Shown here: positions 11,069 through 64,000 of the stretch, one piece after another | Layout: each line of letters begins with the position of its first letter | How positions within the stretch are numbered: position 1 is the stretch's first letter | Assembly (NCBI GenBank): GCA_032718475.1 | Contig: JAUCBJ010006881.1 | Location: 1-64,000 of the forward strand | Reading direction: 5' to 3' | Length of the DNA: 64,000 bases | DNA from: Nemertoderma westbladi | Taxonomy: Eukaryota; Animalia; Xenacoelomorpha | Notes under the pieces: model-generated | The model's input: the letters and a program-made list of their open reading frames with translations, nothing else | Databases searched by the model: none | Told to the model about the DNA's origin: nothing | Translations under genes and position numbers: made by a program

Positions 11069-12553
11069 TAGGGATGTCCCGGAATCGATATTTTGATTCC
11101 GGCCGGAACCGGAACCGGAATTCAACATGCCGGAATATTCCGGCCGGAACCGGAATTTTCTATAATTAGTGAAATACACTAAATGACCCAAGAAACTTTA
11201 CAATTTTTTGTGAAACAAATGAATTTTTTTAATTTCTAAAGCCAAGTTTGCTAATGAGATGAATCAGAACCTTGGCGGGAACTTAAGGTGGGTGGAGTGG
11301 AGAATGACCTGGGCCCTTATGGGGCCGGGATGGTACTTCGGCATTGTGACCTGGGCCCTTATGGGGCCGGGATGGTACTTCGGCATTGAACGACAGGGAA
11401 TTTAATATAATTTTTTTCTAAAATCTATATCTTTGGCCAAAAGTTAGGTTTTTAGCATTTAGACTCCTAAAACCCTACGTTAAACAAAAACTTATGGTTT
11501 CGCGTCATTATGTCCTTTGGTGCAATATCCTGGTGTCTTTAAGGGAAAGGAGCATGTTACAGTGACATGTTATTCGAACCAAAACAATAAACGAGGCCAA
11601 TAGTACATGTTACAGTTTAATTATTGCTGGGAATAAATAGATTTATGGTAAGAAATAGCTTTGCTGTAAATAAAAATTAAACTACTATATTATGCAGCAC
11701 CTTCGACGCAGGACTGAACTAAAATCCACTCGCATGACCTGTACGTATTAATTGTAATAACGTTTATATTAGTTTTAAGTTAGAGTAGTAATTGTAATTG
11801 TGTAATATTGTATTTGTAACCAAGTAACATAAGGACCCCCATGGAAATAAACTGCAAATCTTTAGGGGTCATCGTATATGTTACGTTGGACAATACCAAT
11901 CATAATATTATCATAATATTTAATATTTAATTCAAAGTAAAATAATATAAAATCAATGTAAAATGATGTAAAATATTGTAAGATCAATCTAAAAAACGTC
12001 ATTTTATAAGCAAATTGTAAAAAGCAAATTGGAAAAACCACTATTTAAGGCCCGTGCTCCACTGGTGTGTCTTATGTAGTCTTAGTCAGAATAAATTATG
12101 GAACACATTGGTTTCAATGGGAGCGTCTCCACTGGTAAATCGTAAGTGATTGGTTACTTTGCGTATAAATATGCAGTAAATGTGAGATGCATCTTATATT
12201 TTTTATCAAATGACTTATGACTTGTGTTCCAAATGGAGCAAGAGGCATTCATTTTGACATTCTGACCAGTGGGGCACGGGCCTATTGATGCATTTCATTA
12301 GTTAATGTAAATTACGATGGTTTTAGTGAATTGTATATGAATACTACAGTAGGTGGTGTAACATATGGTGGGACCATTTTAGTTTGATTACCAGGTGAAT
12401 TGTTTTTGGAAATGTGTTACATATCAAACGTGCAACTGCAAAGCACTGCGTGCCAACGTGCAAAATGTGCAACTATCAAACTAGTTAGGAACCTGGCAAT
12501 TCCGGCCGGAACCGGAATCGGGCAAAAACCGCCGGAATTCCGGGACATCCCTA
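11069..12553. mobile_element. Non-autonomous hAT element nested in the previous one
   Basis: TIRs TAGGGATGTCCCGGAAT / ATTCCGGGACATCCCTA, 8-bp TSD ATATTTAG. Confidence 0.9.
12048..12283. mobile_element. MITE (PIF/Harbinger-like), third nesting level
   Basis: TIRs AGGCCCGTGCTCCACTGGT / ACCAGTGGGGCACGGGCCT; TSD unclear. Confidence 0.7.
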
Positions 12554-13752
12554 ATATTTAGTATCACCAGCGTCTTCAATTTATTCCGAGCGAATATTTG
12601 TAGAGGCTGGTAATGTATTTGATGAGAATCGCTCTCGTCTACTTCCGGCTCGTGGAGAGAAACTAATATTTTTGTACCATAACCTACGCCGATTTGATAT
12701 TTGATATAATGGATTGATTTGATAAATAAAGTGCAAATTGAAAAATAGAACGAAGTAATACAGTAGCTGTAGTTTTTTATATTTTCGGAGTTAAATTGGA
12801 TTTACTAGAGTTACTAAATTGCCTGTCGAATATATAAACTGGTCATTCACGGTTGTTAGCTTAATCTCAATTTATAACAAACTTACCTAGACCAAACATT
12901 ATCGCTTGCGCGCTGCTCTGGGACAATATAATAATTATTAACTAGTTATAATTAGTATATGGGTATACATGTACTATTTATACCAACCAAATACAAATAT
13001 TATTGGTAAAAAGTAGTCAGTCAGCTCAGCAAGTAGATAATCATAAAAAGATAGCTCTGCTTTAGTCTTTATCATATTTATGATATGAATGAATTTGATA
13101 CAAACTATGAAAATAATAGTATTGTAGTCCATTGTATTTGCTTATGTTTAAATTTGTTTGAATTTAAAAGAAAATTTATTTTGATGTTTTTTTTTTTAAT
13201 TTACATTAATTGTAAATTTTGTCAACAATTCGCTGAAATTGAAATCCGGCCAAAAAATTTCAATCCGGCCGGAGCCGGAACCGGATTTTTTTCTCAAAAT
13301 CCGGCCGGATATCCGGCACACCCCTAGTGTTTTCCAAAGAGGCGGGGATAATATTATGTTTATCACCATGAATTTAATTAATTTTAGTGTCAAAAGAGAC
13401 GCGCAAGACTCTCCGCGTTCAATTGATATAAGCCACATGTGAAATGATTGAGATTTAATGTGTATTTGAATCGATCGAAAGTCTCTATGCATAGAAACCA
13501 ATATATATAAGAAATTATCAGAGCACAGCGTAATGACGTCAAATATGTAGCAGACAATCACAGGCGATTTTCAAAATTGGCTTCCCGGGCCTACTTAAAC
13601 CCGCCATTTCGACCGTTTCCACAAGTTTTTACAAAAATCACACCCGCCACTCGATTCTGGGCACCTCGTTACCCCTTATTCGATTGTTTCTAGCCCAACA
13701 GTTTTTTCGCGCACCAACCCCATTATTATATATGTTTCTGTTATCTGTTCAG

Positions 13753-58575
<44,823 letters not shown>

Positions 58576-58870
58576 CATTTCGTACCATTTCTATATGAAC
58601 TTAATCCATCGCTGGAATTATTTTCCATCACTATCAGAGTTAAAAAAAAAACTTGATGGTATTGATATTGCAATATGACTCTGCAGTTCTTGAACTCGTT
58701 TAAAATAGTGACTTTTTACTTATAGAAAATTCCTTAAAAGTTTGCAATATTTTTAGGTTCATATTTTTTTGTAATTTCTACCGTACACCATTTTATTATC
58801 TATCGTTATTGTACATTAATGGTTTTAATATTTTGTGAATCGTTTTTATGTAATTATTATTATTAATATT

Positions 58871-58876
58871 AATAAA
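58871..58876 (+). promoter_or_regulatory. Candidate SMC1 polyadenylation signal
   Basis: AATAAA about 300 nt after the stop codon. Confidence 0.5.
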
Positions 58877-59474
58877 TGCGAAGAATAATTCTTAAAATTA
58901 ATTTCTCTTCAGCACTCACATGGTGTTGTCATGTAAAGCGTTGAGCGTGTGTTGGTTTCCTGTTGAGAAAGTGCGGGGAGAAACCAACCGATTAGCTATC
59001 AGCTGATAGCATGCAAGTTCCAGGTCTCAGAATATAATATTCCAAATATCGACTTAGACAAGATCTGCTTGATGTACTCATTCGTCGGTTTATCAGAAAT
59101 GGTAATTTTGTACATAATGTAGGGAGGGGGTAGACTCAGCCAAAAATATCAATTTTTGAGAACTTTCATATACAGTACGTCATTATTGATAAACCATTTG
59201 ACGCACAGAATTTGAAGGTTTCAGGCTCAAAATTTTGTTATTATGCCTGCCAATTTTTTGATATGTGCATACATTTAATATTGTAAAATTAGGACATATG
59301 GAAGGTGATCAACAAAAAACTGGATCACAACTGGATGAATTCCAGATACTTGCGAAGTAAAGTTTCGTTATGCCAAAGTTTGTTGGTTCATATCGTTCGG
59401 GGTTTTCAAGGTAGAGGGTTAATTTTCTACCACAACATAAACAAGTATCTTGTCAGTAATAGGGTCTTGGTCCT

Positions 59475-59749
59475 CTTTGCGACAGTTGGACCTCACTGAC
59501 ACCCATTGGGTGTCATATGACACCCTATTATCACCCATAGGGTGTCATTGGCGCCAGACTGTCTGGGTGACACCTCCCAATTAGACTAATTAGACCCTAG
59601 TTGACAGGTGTCATCAATTAATTAGTACAATTAATCCTATTACGTGTCTTACGACTCCTAATTAGAGTTTAATTGATTATCCTAATTAATCAGACTGATT
59701 AGCGCCCTGACACACAATGGGTCATCAGTGAGGTCCAACTGTCGCAAAG
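59475..59749. mobile_element. MITE
   Basis: 25-bp TIR CTTTGCGACAGTTGGACCTCACTGA; internal TGACACC motifs. Confidence 0.75.
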
Positions 59750-60811
59750 CCGGCTCAAGAGGGTGTCATAAGTGACACCGCGGCTCTTTTATTCATTAAT
59801 ACTTAATTATTTGTATTTAATTTTACTTTATTTATTTGTATTTAATTTTAAATTAATTATTCATTTGTACTTTATTTTAATTTAATTAATTGTATTACTT
59901 TTACTTTATACATTGATTTCTATTTTAAAATTAATTAGGTAACTAATTACTCTTATCTATATCCAGACAGCTTTATCGTTGACCTTTCACCCCCAATTAG
60001 CTTTAACCAAGCAACAGCTTATAAATAATAGTTGTATCCAAGCGCCCCCCCCCCCCCCCCCCCCCCTCTCGTGATACCTCTGATTCCTAATTACTCTTAC
60101 CTATATCCAGCCGTCTGCAGTTCCATAGTCTGCCGCTAGAGGGCATATTATCTGAAAATTAACATCTTCTCTAACTTTGTTATTTTCATTCCGAATAGGT
60201 TTAAACTCGGTAGGCATCCACTACGACATAGGCCATATCTTTTGCGGAGACATAGAGTAGTCTGAAGTTCCCCTGTCTGCCGCTAGAGGGCGTATTATTT
60301 GAAAATTAACATCTTCTCTAGCTTTGTTATTTACAATCCGCAAAACTATGAAGTTATATTGCTTAAGAGTTCTAAGGGGCGAGCCATGAGGCAAGATGTT
60401 TGAGGCTTATTTAGATATATTATTACTTAGTTTTGACACCCCAATCGATATCTATTACAATATGGGCAATATATTTTGCAGAGTCACAGAGTATTCTGAA
60501 GTTCCCAGTCTGCCGCTAGAGGGCGAAATGTCTCAAAGTGAAAACCATATGGTAGCCATGAATTGGTTACTAGGCAATAATACGGCCGTGAGGCATAGAC
60601 TATGACTCACTGAGGCATAGACTATGCCTCACTGAGGCATAGACTATGCCTCACTGAGGCATAGACTATGACTCATAAGGGTCTAAGGCCTTCAAGCTGA
60701 TCATTTGCTTAGTTTTCTAATTAGAAGGTCGTGAGTTCGAACCCTAGAAGAGCATTATTCTTTTTCCTAGCTCTTGGCTAACTCTAGCATACACTAGCTT
60801 TGACTCTCCCG

Positions 60812-61873
60812 CTATAGTGATAGTATGCAACCTTGGCCTGCGCGGGCATATACTGAACGAGAGTTTTTTATCATAGGTCTTCGAAAATTAGTAAAAGCTG
60901 GTTGATTTTCTATACTTTCATCTTCCTCATTACCCAACTGTTTCTTAATTTTATTCAATTGTTCATTAATTTTCAGTAATTTACTTTTATTTCCCAGAAC
61001 CTGTCTTAATATCTCTTCTCTATTTTCTTCATTTTCTTCCATTTGTTTAATAAATTTCCGCATTTGATTTTTGTTTCCTAATATTTGTCTCAATATCTCT
61101 TCTTTATTTTCATCATTCTCTTCTAAATGTTTAATAAATTTCTGTAATTTAATTTTACTTCCTAGAACTTGGGTCAATGTCGCCTCCTTATTTTCTTCAT
61201 TTTCCTTCAAATGTTTAATAATTTTCCGCAATTGATTCTTATTTCCAAGTAATTGCCTCTTTATTTCCTCATTATCATCATTTTCACCCTCTTCTCCACT
61301 TTCCTGATCTTCACTTTCTTCATCATCTTCCCCGCCTTCACTTTCTTCACTCTCTTTCTGACCTTCACTTTCTTCATCCTCTTCCCCGCCTTCACTTTCT
61401 TCATCCTCTTCCCCGCCTTCACTTTCTTCACTCTCTTTCTGACCTTCACTTTCTTCATCCTCTTCCCCGCCTTCACTTTCTTCATCCTCTTCCTGTTCTT
61501 CACTTTCTTCATCCTCTTCCTGTTCTTCACTTTCTTCATCCTCTTCCTGTTCTTCACTTTCTTCATCCTCTTCCTGTTCTTCACTTTCTTCATCCTCTTC
61601 CTGTTCTTCACTTTCTTCATCCTCTTCCTGTTCTTCACTTTCTTCATTCTCTTCCTGACCTTCGCTATCTTCACCCTCTTCTTGACCTTCACTTTCTTCA
61701 TCCTCTTCCTGATCTTCACTTTCTTCGTTCTCAACTTCACTCTCTTCAACTTCATCCTGACCCTCACTATTTTCATTCTCCATCTCATCATCCTCTTCTT
61801 CTCCATCTTTCTCACTCAAATTTTCCTCATTTTCTAGGGGTAACTGTTTTTGTATCCCTTTCAAAATATTCAT
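60812..61873 (-). CDS. Hypothetical acidic repeat protein (10-aa E/D repeats plus 4 helical repeats of about 29 aa); probably once extended to 62092 with a C2H2 finger
   Basis: 353-aa ORF with frame-preserving repeats; upstream same-frame CLVCNKEMRQDNLSRHMETH is separated by two compensating frameshifts. Confidence 0.6.
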   Translation of the reverse strand: MNILKGIQKQLPLENEENLSEKDGEEEDDEMENENSEGQDEVEESEVENEESEDQEEDEESEGQEEGEDSEGQEENEESEEQEEDEESEEQEEDEESEEQEEDEESEEQEEDEESEEQEEDEESEEQEEDEESEGGEEDEESEGQKESEESEGGEEDEESEGGEEDEESEGQKESEESEGGEDDEESEDQESGEEGENDDNEEIKRQLLGNKNQLRKIIKHLKENEENKEATLTQVLGSKIKLQKFIKHLEENDENKEEILRQILGNKNQMRKFIKQMEENEENREEILRQVLGNKSKLLKINEQLNKIKKQLGNEEDESIENQPAFTNFRRPMIKNSRSVYARAGQGCILSL

Positions 61874-62548
61874 AACTTTATGAATTTATTTTCCATTGTT
61901 TGTTTTATATTTAATATATCACGCTCATCTCTCTTTTTCTTTTCATCTTCACTAAAAATATCTTCGGATTTTTTAAATTTTTTTTCGTAACGGAGCCATT
62001 AGTTTTTCCTTTCTATGTGTTTCCATATGACGAGATAAATTGTCTTGTCTCATTTCTTTATTACAAACCAAACAACTTTCATGTCTATGCATTATATAGC
62101 AATGTCAATTGATATTATTGAATTTTAGCTAAATGATTTTACAAAAATTTAAATAAATAAAACTTTTATGAAAATAAATACAACTTTTTAATATAAAACT
62201 TAGAGAATGACTGGGAATGCGTTGAACGGGGGCTATTATAGATGGAGGCTAGAATGGATTATCCAATCAGAGTGCGAGGGTGAGTTAGGCAGCCAATCAG
62301 GACTCGAGGGAGGAAAGTTAGACAGCCAATGAGAGAGCAGATGCGAGTACAGTGGTAAAGCGCCCGCCCATCCATGGTGAGATAACGTCACACTAACTCT
62401 CAAGGATAGTTATACTCACCATTCAAATATCCCTCGCAAACCAGATTCCCCCCAGCATCTAAAGTATTCCACTTCAATGCAAAATATATAGAGCTTTAGT
62501 TGGATTTGAACCTGTGCTTGTAAACTCTTTTGTGCTCGTATATTGAAG

Positions 62549-63362
62549 TGAGGCATAGACTATGCCTCACTGAGGCATAGTCTATGCCTCAGTGCCTCAG
62601 TGAGGCATAGTCTATCCCTCAGTGAGGCAGAGTCTATGCCTCAGTGAGGCAGAGTCTATGCCTCAGTGCCTCAGTGAGGCACTGAGTGAGGCATAGTCTA
62701 TGCCTCAGTGAGTCGTAGTCTATGCCTCAGTGCCTCAGTGAGGCATAGTCTTATGCCTCAGTGAGTCATAGTCTCTGCCTCAGTGCCTCAGTGAGGCATA
62801 GTCTATGCCTCAGTGAGTCATAGTCTATGCCTCAGTGAGTCATAGTCTATGCCTCAGTGCCTCAGTGAGGCATAGTCTATGCCTCAGTGAGGCATAGTCT
62901 ATGCCTCAATGAGTCATAGTCTATGCCTCAGTGCCCCAAGTCTATGCCTCAGTGCCTCAGTGAGGCATAGTCTATGCCTCAGTGAGGCATAGTCTATGCC
63001 TCAGTGCCTCAGTGAGGCATAGTCTATGCCTCAGTGAGTCATAGTCTATGCCTCAGTGAGGCATAGTCTATGCATCAGTTAGGCATAGTCTATGCCTCAG
63101 TGAGTCATAGTCTATGCCTCAGTGCCTCAGTGAGGCATAGTCTATGCCTCAGTGCCTCAATGAGGCATAGTCTATGCCTCAGTGAGGCATAGTCTATGCA
63201 TCAGTGCCTCAGTGAGGCATAGTCTATGCCTCAGTGCCTCAGTGAGGCATAGTCTGTGCCTCAGTGCCTCAGTGAGGCATAGTCTATGCCTCAGTGAGGC
63301 ATAGTCTATGCCTCAGTAAGTCATAGTCTATGCCTCAGTGCCTCAGTGAGGCATAGTCTGTG
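62549..63362. repeat. Palindromic 22-bp satellite (TGAGGCATAG-T-CTATGCCTCA-G)n; short mirror array at 60589-60675
   Basis: Directly visible; each unit is a 10-bp perfect inverted repeat. Confidence 0.95.
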
Positions 63363-64000
63363 TCAGGTCTTAAATGAGAGTCTTACAAATTCGAACGGCA
63401 ACGAACAAATTCGAAGGTTACTGTTCCACCTTGGTGTAGTGGTTGCATTGAATTCACATCTCCCGTATGTCATGGGTTCGATCCCCGCATGAACCAGGGC
63501 AGTTTTCGTTCGGTCAGCAATAGGCCTAACGTTGCAAAATGCAGTATTATTGCCTAGTAACCAATTCATGGCTACCATATGGTTTTCACTTTGAGACATT
63601 TCGCCCTCTAGCGGCAGACTGGGAACTTCAGAATACTCTGTGACTCTGCAAAAGATATAGCCCATATTGTAATAGATACCGATTGGGGGGTCAAAATTAA
63701 GTAATAATATATCTAAATAAGCCTCAAACATCTTGCCTCATGGCTCGCCCCTTAGAACTCTTAAGCAATATAACTTCATAGTTTTGCGGATTGTAAATAA
63801 CAAAGCTAGAGAAGATGTTAATTTTCAAATAATACGCCCTCTAGCGGCAGACAGGGGAACTTCAGACTACTCTATGTCTCCGCAAAAGATATGGCCTATG
63901 CCGTAGTAGATGCCTACCGAGTTTAAACCTATTCGGAATGAAAATAACAAAGTTAGAGAAGATGTTAATTTTCAGATAATATGCCCTCTAGCGGCAGACT

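Larger units (their letters stand above)
10692..13326 (+). mobile_element. Deleted hAT transposon carrying a remnant hAT dimerisation domain
   Basis: TIRs TAGGGATGTGCCGGAT / ATCCGGCACACCCCTA, 8-bp TSD GTGTTTTC; remnant FPNL..SPASSIYSERIF..GNVFDENRSRLLP..KLIFLYHN split by the inner insertion. Confidence 0.9.
60128..64000. mobile_element. Unclassified long-inverted-repeat element with a cargo gene; outer ends not resolved
   Basis: 60128-60583 is the near-perfect reverse complement of 63544-64000; mirrored palindromic satellites lie inside the arms. Confidence 0.8.

Noticed and set aside
61253-61837. Phe-rich + ORF and Lys/Arg-rich alternative - frame
   Set aside because: Alternative readings of the 30-bp acidic repeat; only the acidic frame extends beyond it
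62549-63362. Palindromic repeats as a CRISPR array
   Set aside because: No spacers; contiguous satellite
60396-63731. Twin MFEAYLDILLL ORFs as a gene pair
   Set aside because: They exist only because the arms are inverted copies; no recognisable domain

Overview
AT-rich, repeat-dense genomic DNA from an invertebrate animal, not a prokaryote. The backbone is a + strand cohesin SMC1 gene: 19 coding exons from 13753 to 58575 with consistent GT-AG splice phases (about 1100 codons); the N-terminal exons are probably left of the window. Its introns hold three antisense protein genes (a frameshifted TMEM151-like gene, a fibrinogen-domain gene and an intronless DCAF6) and two sense-strand C/D snoRNAs resembling SNORD74/U74. 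A near-intact Bel/Pao LTR retrotransposon fills 1-10081 on the - strand. The introns also carry RTE LINEs, nested hAT and other TIR elements, piggyBac-, P- and MULE-like non-autonomous elements, a tandem Helitron dimer and several satellites. Most unusual: (1) tandem duplications anchored on SMC1 splice sites, including 13 copies of a 66-bp exon-end/donor unit; (2) a long-inverted-repeat element at the right end with palindromic satellites, CTCF-like motifs, tRNA-like boxes and an unrecognised zinc-finger/acidic cargo gene. All calls come from reading the sequence by eye and from recalled family motifs; no database searches were run.
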